Part shown: piece after piece, positions 28,799 through 38,200 of the stretch
How positions within the stretch are numbered: the stretch's first letter is position 1
Layout: each line of letters begins with the position of its first letter
Source of the DNA: a virus
IMG/VR virus record: IMGVR_UViG_3300048924_000619
Location: 1 to 64,000 of that record
Reading direction: 5' to 3' (one strand)
Length of the DNA stretch: 64,000 bases
Notes under the pieces: model-generated
Database searches by the model: none
Told to the model about the DNA's origin: nothing
What the model saw: only the letters and a program-made list of their open reading frames with translations
Translations under genes and position numbers: made by a program

Positions 28799-29355
28799 TG
28801 TTCACGGTCCCCGCAAAAGACGAGGCCGGCTCGCCCTGGCCGATTTTCGAGGCGCTGCTGCGCTCAACCGACGAGCTCTCCGAGCTGTCCGCCATGATGG
28901 AGTCGGAAATCACCGTCGCCTTCATGTTCCGCTTCGGCGAGTGGAGCAGCCAGGGCCGGGAAATTCTCGGCAAGTGCTACTGCGGCCCGTCGGCGCAAGG
29001 CGACCTGCGGCCGCTGTTCGAGCAGCTGCTCGAGGATACGCTCGGCTATTACCCGAATTTCCTGATCCTGCTGAACGGCCAGTGGTGGGAAGACGCCAGC
29101 GATCTGCAGCGGGAAATCCTGGTCTGCCACGAGGCGCTCCACGCCGGGCACGCCAAGGACAAATTCGGGTCGCCGCGCTTTCACCGCGAGACCGGCCAGC
29201 CGATCCCGTGCATCCGCCCGCACGACGTCGAGGAATTCACCTCGATCGCTGAGCGCTACGGCCCGTGGAAATCCGACGTGGCCGAATTCGCGGCGGCGCT
29301 CGCCCGCCATGCCCAACCCAAAGCTCCGTCGGCGCCGCCGGCGGACGTGTTCTGA
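28798..29355 (+). CDS. Putative phage metallopeptidase
   Basis: 'LVCHEALH' (HExxH), 'HDVEEF...ERYG'. Confidence 0.8.
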   Translation: MFTVPAKDEAGSPWPIFEALLRSTDELSELSAMMESEITVAFMFRFGEWSSQGREILGKCYCGPSAQGDLRPLFEQLLEDTLGYYPNFLILLNGQWWEDASDLQREILVCHEALHAGHAKDKFGSPRFHRETGQPIPCIRPHDVEEFTSIAERYGPWKSDVAEFAAALARHAQPKAPSAPPADVF

Positions 29356-29592
29356 AGCGGTGACACGGGTGTCAGCGTCACCTCTGGGTCGTGACACTCC
29401 CTTGTCACCTGGAGGCGCGGCCGATTCGGCCCGCCAAGGGAAATTCCAGGTGCGTACGAAAAATCCCCCAAAGCCCCCGGCGAATAATCCGTACCGGCTG
29501 CGCGCCATGCTGCTGGCCAGCCATTCGCGGGGCGCGATGCTCCACTGTCTCGGCGCCTACCAGATGCTCGCCGACATGAAGGCGACCGCCCA

Positions 29593-29964
29593 ATGAGCGG
29601 CCGCACGGAAGATTACGTCCGCGTCGAGGGTGCGGCGATGCGCCAGAATATTTCGAGGGTGGCGCTGTCGCATGGGTCTGAGATCGCCCTCCTGGTGGCC
29701 AAGCGGGTCGTCTGGGAATTGGCCGATCTGATCGGCGAGACCCACGGCCCGACCGTGGTTCACGAAATGCTGGGCGAGGCCAAGGCGGGGTTCCAGCTCG
29801 ACATGGCGCCGCCGATCAAGTTGGACCGCGGCCCCGATACGATCGAGCTGCTCGTCAACGCGGTCGAGGGCCTCTCGACCATCACCAACCAGAACCGCGA
29901 AGTCATCGTGACCCTGGCTTCGGCGATCGGCGCGCTCGCGGACGAGGTGCGCCGTGGTCGCTAA
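29593..29964 (+). CDS. Hypothetical protein
   Basis: 123 aa coupled ORF. Confidence 0.55.
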   Translation: MSGRTEDYVRVEGAAMRQNISRVALSHGSEIALLVAKRVVWELADLIGETHGPTVVHEMLGEAKAGFQLDMAPPIKLDRGPDTIELLVNAVEGLSTITNQNREVIVTLASAIGALADEVRRGR

Positions 29965-30136
29965 GTACCTCGCGGACCATTGCGCCGGCGAATGCCTCTA
30001 CCCGCTGCCGGTCGCGGATGACCCGCCGGACCGCGACATGAGCCGCCAGCTGTTCTGCTGCGAGCCGGTCGAGGCCAAGGGCGAGCGCTACTGCCGCACC
30101 CACAACCAGATTTCTTACCCGGGGCGCCGGCGGTGA
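29954..30136 (+). CDS. GcrA C-terminal-domain-like protein
   Basis: 'ECLYP......FC...YCRTH' matches GcrA 'CxWP..FCG..YCxxH'. Confidence 0.65.
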   Translation: MVAKYLADHCAGECLYPLPVADDPPDRDMSRQLFCCEPVEAKGERYCRTHNQISYPGRRR

Positions 30137-30987
30137 ACCCGCCTGCCATTCAGGAGACGCATAGCATGCGCAAGGTCAAAAAGATGGCCATGCCGGGAAT
30201 TGAACCCGGCATGGCAGACACGCCGGAGCCGATTTTCGAGGACGTGGATCCGACCACGCTCCTGGTGGACGAGGTCTATCAGCGCAAGCTGTCCGAACGG
30301 TCCGTCTCGCTGATCCGGAAGATGGTCGGCACGTGGGATTGGCGGAAGTTCCAGCCGCCGACCGTGGCGAAGACCGACGCTGGTCTGATGGTGCTCGACG
30401 GCCAGCACACGGCGATCGCTGCTGCGTCGCACCCGATGATTTCCAAGATCAAGGTCAAGGTGGTCGCGGCGCCTGACGTCCAGGCTCAGGCTAAGGCCTT
30501 CGTCGGCCTGAACCGCGACCGCATTAACCTGACGACGACGCAGATGCACCAGGCGGCCGTCGCCGCCGGCGACGAGGACGCGCTGACCATCAAGCAGGTT
30601 TGCGAGCGGGCTGGCGTTAGGGTGCTGAATTGCCCGCCGGGCGGCGGCGCGTTCAAGCCCGGCGACACGATGGCCGTGACGGCGATCGGCGCACTGATCA
30701 GCCGCCGCGGGGCGAAGGGCGCGCGCGAGGTGCTCGAGGTACTCGCCAACGCCCGCTGTGCGCCGGTGAGCCAATCCGGGATCCGCGCTGTCGAGTGCCT
30801 GCTGTACGATCCGGAATATGCGGGACAGGTTCTGGCGCCGGACATCACATCAGCGCTGCTGAAGCTCGGCCAGGCGGCCGACCAGGAAGCGCGCGTGTTC
30901 GCGGCCGCCCACAACGTCCAGATCTGGCGCGCCTTGACCGTGGTGCTCTTCAAGGGAGCTCGCCGTGGACGTCGCCGCGCGGCTTGA
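30133..30987 (+). CDS. ParB/Srx-like N-terminal domain protein (DUF6551-like)
   Basis: 'LLVDEVYQR..WDW..F.PP.V..VLDGQHT..QAKAFVGLN'. Confidence 0.75.
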   Translation: MNPPAIQETHSMRKVKKMAMPGIEPGMADTPEPIFEDVDPTTLLVDEVYQRKLSERSVSLIRKMVGTWDWRKFQPPTVAKTDAGLMVLDGQHTAIAAASHPMISKIKVKVVAAPDVQAQAKAFVGLNRDRINLTTTQMHQAAVAAGDEDALTIKQVCERAGVRVLNCPPGGGAFKPGDTMAVTAIGALISRRGAKGAREVLEVLANARCAPVSQSGIRAVECLLYDPEYAGQVLAPDITSALLKLGQAADQEARVFAAAHNVQIWRALTVVLFKGARRGRRRAA

Positions 30988-31348
30988 GGGCCTCGAGGCG
31001 GAGAACGAGCGGCTCCAGTTCCGGGTGGAGGAATTGGAGCGCTGCCTCGGCATGGATGACGACTCCTGCCGGTTCCCCGTCGAATGGCTGCTGACAGCAT
31101 CCGAGTCGAGGCTGCTCGGATTTCTGATGACGCGCGAGATGGCCTCCAAGGAGGCGATCCTGCTGGCGCTCTACAGCCTGCGGGCTGACGACGCGCCGGA
31201 CATCAAGATCGTCGACGTCTTCGTGTGCAAGGCTCGGAAGAAGCTGAGCCGGTTCGGCGTCCAGATCGAGACGATTTGGGGGCAGGGCTACCGCCTCTGC
31301 AGGGCTTCGAAGGACCACATCCGGGCCCTCAAGGAGGACTCGGTGTGA
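30965..31348 (+). CDS. CtrA-like winged-helix protein lacking receiver domain
   Basis: 'PDIKIVDVFVCKARKKL...IETIWGQGY' vs CtrA 'PELKIIDVFICKLRKKL...IETVWGRGY'. Confidence 0.85.
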   Translation: MDVAARLEGLEAENERLQFRVEELERCLGMDDDSCRFPVEWLLTASESRLLGFLMTREMASKEAILLALYSLRADDAPDIKIVDVFVCKARKKLSRFGVQIETIWGQGYRLCRASKDHIRALKEDSV

Positions 31349-31494
31349 CGCCTCCCGCCAGCAAAACCGCCAGCGTTGCGGTCGAGGAGTCGGCCTCCCA
31401 CTCGGAGGATGGGGCGGAGGTCCGACTCGTGGGGGGCGAGTCGGCCGGTCTGTTGGCGGCCGGCCGCGGCGGTCGTGACGGCGCAATAGTCCGC

Positions 31495-31737
31495 ATGACG
31501 AATCACTCCGGGTCCTTCCCGCTGATGGCGATCGCCGCGGAGCACGGCGTCGAATACGGCGACGTGCTGCTGATGGCGGACCTCTATCGGTGTACCGTCC
31601 AACGCCTGCACGTCCCGCGTGGTCGCGCGGTGCTGGCCAGCCGGGCGGCGTATCGCGTTCAGAAGGCGGGCGGGGTCCGCGCGCTGGTGAGCCTCCGCAC
31701 GACTTTGGTGCGCCATGCGCTGGGCCGTTGGTCGTGA
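31495..31737 (+). CDS. Hypothetical protein
   Basis: ATG 15 nt after GTCGTGAC (31472). Confidence 0.55.
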   Translation: MTNHSGSFPLMAIAAEHGVEYGDVLLMADLYRCTVQRLHVPRGRAVLASRAAYRVQKAGGVRALVSLRTTLVRHALGRWS

Positions 31738-32039
31738 GTTGCTGCCCGCATTGCGGCGGCGTCCTCCCGCCTGTCATCGCCAGCAAGGGCGGCGGGAATC
31801 CGTCGCTCCCGGAAGAACTGCGCCGCGCCGGCCAAGAGGCCGGTGAGGTTGCGGTTCGGTTGGGCGATGATCTGGTCGGCTGGCGCGGCATGGTCTGGAG
31901 CCGGTGCTTGGCGCGCAAGCCAGCAGAATGCTGGGTCACGGGCGTCACGATCCCTGTGAGCGGGCCCGCGTGGCGGCCGATCACGAACGGTAAGGACCGA
32001 CCGCGGCGCGTGGCGGCGTCCGTCTGGGCGGCGATATGA
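31734..32039 (+). CDS. Hypothetical protein with CPHC
   Basis: GTGA and ATGA coupling at both ends. Confidence 0.55.
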   Translation: MSCCPHCGGVLPPVIASKGGGNPSLPEELRRAGQEAGEVAVRLGDDLVGWRGMVWSRCLARKPAECWVTGVTIPVSGPAWRPITNGKDRPRRVAASVWAAI

Positions 32040-33196
32040 CCCCGACGCCAGCACAGGCCGCGGCCATCCGCGCCATCGTCGAGTGGTACAAGGGCGGCCG
32101 GCGGACGCCTCAGGTGTTCTACCTCGCTGGCTACGCTGGCACGGGCAAGTCGACGATCTTCAAGGCCGCGCTCGAGGAGCTGCGCGAAAAGGGGGGCCTG
32201 AAAAAGCACGCCCTCGCGACATTCACCGGCAAGGCCGCGTCGGTGCTGCGGAAGAAGGGGAACTACGAGGCCCGCACGATCCACTCGCTGATCTACATCC
32301 GTGACGAGTCCGCGGACTCGAAGTGGATCCTCAACTGGGCGGGCGAAGCCGCGGACGTCGATCTGATCGCACTCGACGAATGCTCCATGGTCGATGAGGC
32401 GATGGGGCGCGACGTGCTGGCCTTCGGCAAGAAGGTGCTCGTCATGGGCGACCCTGGCCAGCTGCCGCCGATCCGTGGCCAGGGGTTCTTTACCACTCGC
32501 GAGCCGGACGTCTTCCTGGAGGAGGTGCACCGCCAGGCCGCGGAGTCGCCGATCATCCGGCTCGCCACGATGGCGCGCGAGGGGAAGCAACTCCCGCTCG
32601 GCGAATGGGACGCTGGCGAGCTCGGCTGCGCCCGGGTGCTCAAGCACGGGCCCGAGACGCAGCGCGAGCTGTATCGGGAGGAGACGCAGGCGCTCTGTGG
32701 CCTCCACCGCGTCCGCATCGGCTACACGCAGCGCATCCGCCGGATCCGTGGCTTTGAGGGCCCGCGGCCGATGGCTGGCGAGACGCTGCTCGTCCGCAAG
32801 AACGATCGCGAGCTGGCGATTTTCAACGGGACGTTCGCCGGGCTGCGCGCGGATCCGCGGCCGTACAAGCGCCGCGCCGGCGACGACGAGTCCGACGCGG
32901 CGCTGATCCGCCTCGACATCGAGCCCGAGGACGGCGCGCCGATCGAAGGCATGCTGACCGACCCGTACCTGTTCGACCGCCACTTCCGAGACGTCCAGGA
33001 GCCGCGGTTCCGCAAGGGCATCCAGTGGGTCGACTGGGGCAACGTCATCACCATGCACTCGGCGCAGGGCTCCGAGTGGCCGGACGTGACCGTCGTCGAT
33101 GACGGCGGCTCGTTCCGCGAAGACCAGCACCGTTGGCGCTACGTCGGCCTCACCAGGGCGAGCGAGCGCGTGACGTTTTTGGGGAGGATGGGATGA
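32036..33196 (+). CDS. RecD-like/Dda SF1B helicase
   Basis: GYAGTGKS, TIHSLIY, DECSMV, GDPGQLPP, HRQA, TMHSAQGSEW, YVGLTRA. Confidence 0.93.
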   Translation: MTPTPAQAAAIRAIVEWYKGGRRTPQVFYLAGYAGTGKSTIFKAALEELREKGGLKKHALATFTGKAASVLRKKGNYEARTIHSLIYIRDESADSKWILNWAGEAADVDLIALDECSMVDEAMGRDVLAFGKKVLVMGDPGQLPPIRGQGFFTTREPDVFLEEVHRQAAESPIIRLATMAREGKQLPLGEWDAGELGCARVLKHGPETQRELYREETQALCGLHRVRIGYTQRIRRIRGFEGPRPMAGETLLVRKNDRELAIFNGTFAGLRADPRPYKRRAGDDESDAALIRLDIEPEDGAPIEGMLTDPYLFDRHFRDVQEPRFRKGIQWVDWGNVITMHSAQGSEWPDVTVVDDGGSFREDQHRWRYVGLTRASERVTFLGRMG

Positions 33197-33429
33197 GGGG
33201 AATTGTGCGAGCGGTCGCGGCCGCAGCTCTTGCGATGGCGACGGGCGTTGGTCAGCCCTATCGGCCGGGCGCCCCGCGGAACTACGACCTGGACGAGCCC
33301 ATGGAGGCTTACGTGACGCGTCGCGCGCGCCGCAATGGTGGCAAGCGTCACAAGGTCGGCGCCTACAAGGGCTCGCGGTTCGCGAAGCGCGCGTCGAAGC
33401 GCGGCGGCAACCCGGCGGCGCACGGGTGA
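33193..33429 (+). CDS. Small basic hypothetical protein
   Basis: Coupled; Arg/Lys-rich. Confidence 0.5.
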   Translation: MRGIVRAVAAAALAMATGVGQPYRPGAPRNYDLDEPMEAYVTRRARRNGGKRHKVGAYKGSRFAKRASKRGGNPAAHG

Positions 33430-33662
33430 TGGCTATCGAGACGATGATGCGCACCGTCGAGCGCAGCGATGGATGGTGGATCGTCCAGAAGGGCTGGAAG
33501 GACTACGGCCCGTTCGGAAGCGAATCTGACGCCGAGGCTTGGGGTGACAAGCACATCGACGACCAAGTCTTTGGGGATCCGAACTCCTTCGCTCCGGAAC
33601 TCCGGACGCGCGCCGAAGAGCCGGTCGTCTTGCTCTTCACCGCCGGCAATACCGCCAGCTGA
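33426..33662 (+). CDS. Small hypothetical protein
   Basis: 'GWW...YGPF.SE..AEAW'. Confidence 0.6.
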   Translation: MMAIETMMRTVERSDGWWIVQKGWKDYGPFGSESDAEAWGDKHIDDQVFGDPNSFAPELRTRAEEPVVLLFTAGNTAS

Positions 33663-33755
33663 CCGCGCGGCCGCCGTGCTCGACAGAGGGAGTGGCGGCC
33701 GGCATCAGAATCAGTGGGAACGAGTCTGCCCGCCTGAAACCGCCGCGGCCGACCG

Positions 33756-33777
33756 GTCGTGACCGGACGATGCGACC
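33756..33777 (+). promoter_or_regulatory. Late-type promoter upstream of ssb-terS-terL
   Basis: GTCGTGAC-cgg-A-cga-T. Confidence 0.65.
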
Positions 33778-33795
33778 CGAACAAGGGAAGTACGC

Positions 33796-34257
33796 ATGGC
33801 TGGTAGCCTCAACAAGGTCACGCTGATCGGGAACGTCGGCGCCGATCCGGAGATCAAGTCGCTCAACAGCGGCGACCGGGTCGCGAACATCAGGCTCGCC
33901 ACCTCCGAGACCTGGAAGGACAAGGGCTCCGGCGAGAAGAAAGAGCGTACGGAGTGGCATCGCATCGTCGTCTTCGGCGACGGCCTGGTCCGGGTGATCG
34001 AGAGCTACGTCCGCAAGGGCTCCAAGATCTACATCTCGGGCGCGCTGCAGACGCGCAAGTGGAACGACCAAGCCGGCGTCGAGAAGTCCTCCACCGAGAT
34101 CGTGCTCAAGCCGTACAACGGCGAGCTGATCCTGCTCAGCGGCAAGGCTGAGGGCGGTTCCGACCATGGCGGCGGCTACAGCGGCGGCCAGTCGAGCGGC
34201 GCAGCCTCGGGCGGCGCCAACGCGGGCCCGGACGTCGACGACACGATTCCGTTCTGA
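33796..34257 (+). CDS. ssb: Single-stranded DNA-binding protein
   Basis: 'NKVTLIGNVGADPE..ATSETW..TEWHRIV..LQTRKW..DDTIPF'. Confidence 0.97.
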   Translation: MAGSLNKVTLIGNVGADPEIKSLNSGDRVANIRLATSETWKDKGSGEKKERTEWHRIVVFGDGLVRVIESYVRKGSKIYISGALQTRKWNDQAGVEKSSTEIVLKPYNGELILLSGKAEGGSDHGGGYSGGQSSGAASGGANAGPDVDDTIPF

Positions 34258-34264
34258 GTCCCAC

Positions 34265-34960
34265 ATGGCGGAGGCGTCCCCCGATCTGAAAGACCGGATC
34301 CTCGCGGAGATCGCGGCCCATGTGCGCGTCTACGGGCGCACGCAGTGGGACCGCGTCCGCGAGCGGCCGGAGTTCGCGCCCATCATCGGCAAGGAGTCCG
34401 GGGCCGGCGGCCGGCGGAAGTTCTTCCGCTGGGTCGACGTGGTCTGCGCGCCCCGGCCGGATGACGCCGTCGGCGCCGGCCGGCCGCATGAGGGGCGGGA
34501 CGTCGCCGCGGAGGCGCTGAGCGATGCGCAGCGGCGCGCGCTGCTCGCGGCCCAGAAGAACATCCCGGCCGCGCCGTCGCCGTCGTACATGATGCGCAAG
34601 GGTGCCCAGGCGGAAAACCAGATCAACTTCCTGGCGATCGTGCACGAGCTGATGGCCGACGTCGGCAAGCTGCGCGGAATGTCCGTCGTCGCGGACGAGG
34701 CGGCGGCTGACGGCGAGCGGGTCAAGAATCCGCACCTGTTCGGCCAGGCGATCGACAAGCGGCTCCGCGTGATGGAGACCGCGCTGAAGGTCATGCAGGA
34801 AATCTGGGACCTGCAGTACCAGCAGCGGTTCTACGACGAGATCACTGAGATCATCGTCACGGAGCTGGCGGCGATCCCTGACGTGCAGGAGCGCGTCATC
34901 CGGCGCCTCGCTGACCTGAACAACCGGCGGGGCATGACGCTCTACGCCGAGCCGACCTGA
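34265..34960 (+). CDS. Probable terminase small subunit
   Basis: Helical protein coupled immediately upstream of terL. Confidence 0.55.
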   Translation: MAEASPDLKDRILAEIAAHVRVYGRTQWDRVRERPEFAPIIGKESGAGGRRKFFRWVDVVCAPRPDDAVGAGRPHEGRDVAAEALSDAQRRALLAAQKNIPAAPSPSYMMRKGAQAENQINFLAIVHELMADVGKLRGMSVVADEAAADGERVKNPHLFGQAIDKRLRVMETALKVMQEIWDLQYQQRFYDEITEIIVTELAAIPDVQERVIRRLADLNNRRGMTLYAEPT

Positions 34961-37062
34961 TGGCGGGCCGGCCGCCGTCGCCATTCAACCGCCGCAAGCC
35001 GCGCCCGATCCCGCAAACGGACGCGCTGTCGGCGGCGATCGCCCAGCTCGAGGCGCGCACCGGGCACAAGGTGACGCCGGACCAGAAGGCGATCCCGGAC
35101 GGGATGACGTTCCGCCAGTGGTGCGAGAAGCTCGGGGCCGAGGGCCTCGAGGTGGACGGCAAGCCGTTCACGCTCCACGACCGGCCGGCGATGGCCTGGA
35201 TCTACGACCAGATCCCGTCGACGGCGGACGAGGCCTACAACCTCGTGCTCGTCCTGATGAAGTGCGCGCAGGTCGGGTTCACCGTCATGGAGATGCTGGC
35301 CACGGTCTACCTGGGGCTCAAGTTTGGGCCCTGCACGGTCGGCATGTTCCTGCCGGACATCAACTTGGCGGGCATGAAGTCAACTGAGCGCTTCATGCCC
35401 ATCATCCGGTCGATTCCGGATGTGCACGCGCTGATGACGCAGGACGCCGCCGACGGCTCCGGCAAGAAGCGGGGCGAGGGCAACGTCAACCGCCGGCGCA
35501 TCGCCAAGGCCCTGTTCGTCTTCTCCTGGACGTCCGGCAAGGCGTCGACCGAGTCCGTCCCGATGGACATCCTCTCCTTCGACGAAGTGCAGGAGATGAC
35601 GAAGGAGCAGCTGGAAAAGACCCAAGAGCGCCTGAGCGCCTCGCCGGTCCGCTTCACGCTGATGGGCTCGACGGCCAACTGGCCAGACGAAGACATCCAC
35701 TTCTGGTACAAGAAGGGGTCGCAGCACCAGTTTCACACCGAATGCCCGACGTGCCGGGTGAAGAAACCGCTCGACGACTATTTCCCGAGGTGCATCCAGT
35801 GGGATGCGGCGCGCCGGGTCTATCGCTACGTCTGCGAGGCCGGACATTGGATCGACGACCCTCAGATCGGCGAGTGGGTGGCCTTCAACGAGGAGGCTGA
35901 CCCGGCGATCGACTACACGATCCCGAAGAAGCACTGGCCGAAGCGGATCCGGTCCATCCACTTCCCCCAGTTCCTGTCGCCGACGATCAGCGCCTCGGAC
36001 ATGATGACCGCCTACAACGAGGCGAGCGACCTCAAGAACTACCACAACCGGAAGCTTGGGAAGCCGTTCCTCGACCCGACCGTCACGCCCGTGACGCTCG
36101 AGCATTGTGCGCGCGCCGTCGAGCTCGGCCGCGCCGCCGGCGTCCAGTGGAAGACTCGGGCGCGCGGGACCTTCATGGGCATCGACCAGATGGGCCAGTT
36201 CAACGTGCACATCATCAAGGAGCGCCTGCCCGACGGCCGCCAGGCCGTGATCCACTACGAGGAGACGTACGCGGAGGATCCGTTCGCACGCTCGAGCGAG
36301 CTCATGGAGGCCTACGGCGTCCAGGCCTGCGTCGTCGAGATCAACCCGAATTTCAACGACGCGCACAAATTCGCGAAGCGCCACCCGGGCAAGGTGTTCC
36401 TCTGCGACGGGTTCAAGGCGATCGAGGGCGACATGATCGTCTGGGGCGACGGGCCGAAGCTCGACGTATCGGACCGGCGAACCGATGAGGACTCACGGAC
36501 GCGCTACACGGTCAAGGCCGACCAGTACAAATGCATGCAGACGTCTCTCGCGCGCATCGTGAAGGGCCACTGCCTGTTCCCGGACCCGAAGGAGCTTATC
36601 CAGGAGGTCGTCGACAAGGGCGTTCGCCAGCTGGTGCCCATCCTGCCGCGGCTGTTCCTGCACTTCACGCGCACGGCGCTCGTCGCCGAGAAGGACAAGG
36701 AAACCAACAAGTACAAGCGCTCCGTCAAGAAGGTGGGGCTGGATCCACACGGTTCGTACGCTAACCAATTGTGCGACGTCGCCTGGGCGCGGGCCCACGG
36801 CACGGCGAGCTTCATCCTCCCGGAGACTGGCGACGTGGCAACTGATCAAGCTAAGCAATCTGCCGAAATGGGCATGGTCGGCCTTCCGAACCACGTCGTC
36901 AGCATGCTCAACGACCTGCCGCCTGGCGTCTGCGGCCGCTGCTCGGCCTATCCCTTCGGCGACGACAACGGGCCGCCGGCGCGCGGGATGTGCGCGGAGC
37001 GCGGGTTCGAGGTCGCCGCGGCGGATCCGGCCTGCCCGATGTTCGCGGCGGTCGAGGGCTAA
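34960..37062 (+). CDS. terL: Terminase large subunit (lambda GpA-like)
   Basis: 'KCAQVGFT' Walker A, 'SFDEV' Walker B, 'MGST', CPTC, 'FMGIDQ' nuclease. Confidence 0.9.
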   Translation: MAGRPPSPFNRRKPRPIPQTDALSAAIAQLEARTGHKVTPDQKAIPDGMTFRQWCEKLGAEGLEVDGKPFTLHDRPAMAWIYDQIPSTADEAYNLVLVLMKCAQVGFTVMEMLATVYLGLKFGPCTVGMFLPDINLAGMKSTERFMPIIRSIPDVHALMTQDAADGSGKKRGEGNVNRRRIAKALFVFSWTSGKASTESVPMDILSFDEVQEMTKEQLEKTQERLSASPVRFTLMGSTANWPDEDIHFWYKKGSQHQFHTECPTCRVKKPLDDYFPRCIQWDAARRVYRYVCEAGHWIDDPQIGEWVAFNEEADPAIDYTIPKKHWPKRIRSIHFPQFLSPTISASDMMTAYNEASDLKNYHNRKLGKPFLDPTVTPVTLEHCARAVELGRAAGVQWKTRARGTFMGIDQMGQFNVHIIKERLPDGRQAVIHYEETYAEDPFARSSELMEAYGVQACVVEINPNFNDAHKFAKRHPGKVFLCDGFKAIEGDMIVWGDGPKLDVSDRRTDEDSRTRYTVKADQYKCMQTSLARIVKGHCLFPDPKELIQEVVDKGVRQLVPILPRLFLHFTRTALVAEKDKETNKYKRSVKKVGLDPHGSYANQLCDVAWARAHGTASFILPETGDVATDQAKQSAEMGMVGLPNHVVSMLNDLPPGVCGRCSAYPFGDDNGPPARGMCAERGFEVAAADPACPMFAAVEG

Positions 37063-37212
37063 CCGCCCTCAGAACCGCCGGCGCCAGCGGCCTCGCATGG
37101 CGATCGCCGAGAGCGCGCGGCCGCTAATCCGACTCGGGAGCGACGAGTCTGTCGTGACGCCACCCTTTCCGGGTGACGGGCAGGAGCCCGCGCATCTGGA
37201 AAGGATGAACCC

Positions 37213-37911
37213 ATGAAGTATGCCTCTGAGCATGCGGGCGTGCTCACGTCCGTGCACCAGTGGAAGCCGGTCCCAGCCGACCGCTTCGCTCAACTCCTCC
37301 ACCACTATTCCACGTTCGTCGCTGATCTGAACGGCAAGGACGCCCTGTCGATCACAGCGATCGCGCTCGACCGCGACGCCACGGCGACCATCTACTACCG
37401 TCGCAAGGAGCGCGGCTCGCCCGTCTACTGCCCGGTCCTGATGACCATGGAAGGCGCCGGCGGAAAGACGCTCTGTTTTGAGACGACCAACCAGGATTCC
37501 GCCCTGGACCCTCAGCAGCCGGCGCTCGTGATCCGCTCGGCGATGGCCGCGCGGGACGTCTACAAGGCTGAGCGCATGAGTGAGGTCGCCCAGCGCGCCG
37601 CGGCGTCCCGCAGCGTCGTCGCCATTACCCCACGCAAGGCCGCGTTTGATGAGATCCGCCGCGCCTACGAGCGCGCAGGCGGCGAGCGCATCAACCTCGG
37701 CATCCACCTTTCGACGCAACTCGACCAGCTGCGCGCGATCAAGGGGCGGATCGATGGCGTCTGGCTGCACGACGCTGGCCATATCGGTGCCCTGGGCGAG
37801 GTCATGGACGTCATCGCCGAGCTGATGGGCGGCAAGGGCTGGATGGGGATGACCGGCCACACGCCCATGGGCTGGCCGGCGCCGGACGGATTGCCGGGAG
37901 AGCGCGCCTGA
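37213..37911 (+). CDS. Hypothetical late protein
   Basis: 232 aa downstream of late-type promoter at 37151. Confidence 0.7.
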   Translation: MKYASEHAGVLTSVHQWKPVPADRFAQLLHHYSTFVADLNGKDALSITAIALDRDATATIYYRRKERGSPVYCPVLMTMEGAGGKTLCFETTNQDSALDPQQPALVIRSAMAARDVYKAERMSEVAQRAAASRSVVAITPRKAAFDEIRRAYERAGGERINLGIHLSTQLDQLRAIKGRIDGVWLHDAGHIGALGEVMDVIAELMGGKGWMGMTGHTPMGWPAPDGLPGERA

Positions 37912-37945
37912 GCGCTCCGGCCCGTCGTGACGGCAGGCTGAGGCC

Positions 37946-38175
37946 TCATCACCGGGGCGGCGACTCCCGCCCAACAGAACCCACGAGCTCAACCATGAAG
38001 CTCTGAACCTGATCGGCGTCACCTGCCGCCCCTCTTGGGGAAAGTGGTCGAGCCGCCCGGAAGCAGAGCCGGCGCCTGAGGCCTAAGGCGAAACGATTTG
38101 GTTCCCTGCCGCTGGGGGTCAGTCAGCGGCGTGAGCACGGACGATACCGGCCGAGAGGGGTGAAATGCCCCCACT
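37946..38175 (+). ncRNA. Candidate structured RNA or long leader under late promoter 37924
   Basis: No ORF; hairpins GGGCGG/CCGCCC, GCCGCTG/CAGCGGC, CCCCTCT/AGAGGGG. Confidence 0.35.
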
Positions 38176-38200
38176 CCCTTTCCCTCAAATCGGGTGCTCC

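Noticed and set aside
30950-33454. 834-aa minus-strand ORF (also 9491-11065, 55130-57778, 57806-60418, 61841-63220 and similar)
   Set aside because: Antisense shadows of well-supported plus-strand genes in GC-rich DNA; no recognisable motifs
37970-38060. ACAGAACCC and GGAAAGT words resembling RNase P RNA conserved regions (GGAAAGTC also near 40038)
   Set aside because: Wrong order or no partner, and P4 cannot be paired
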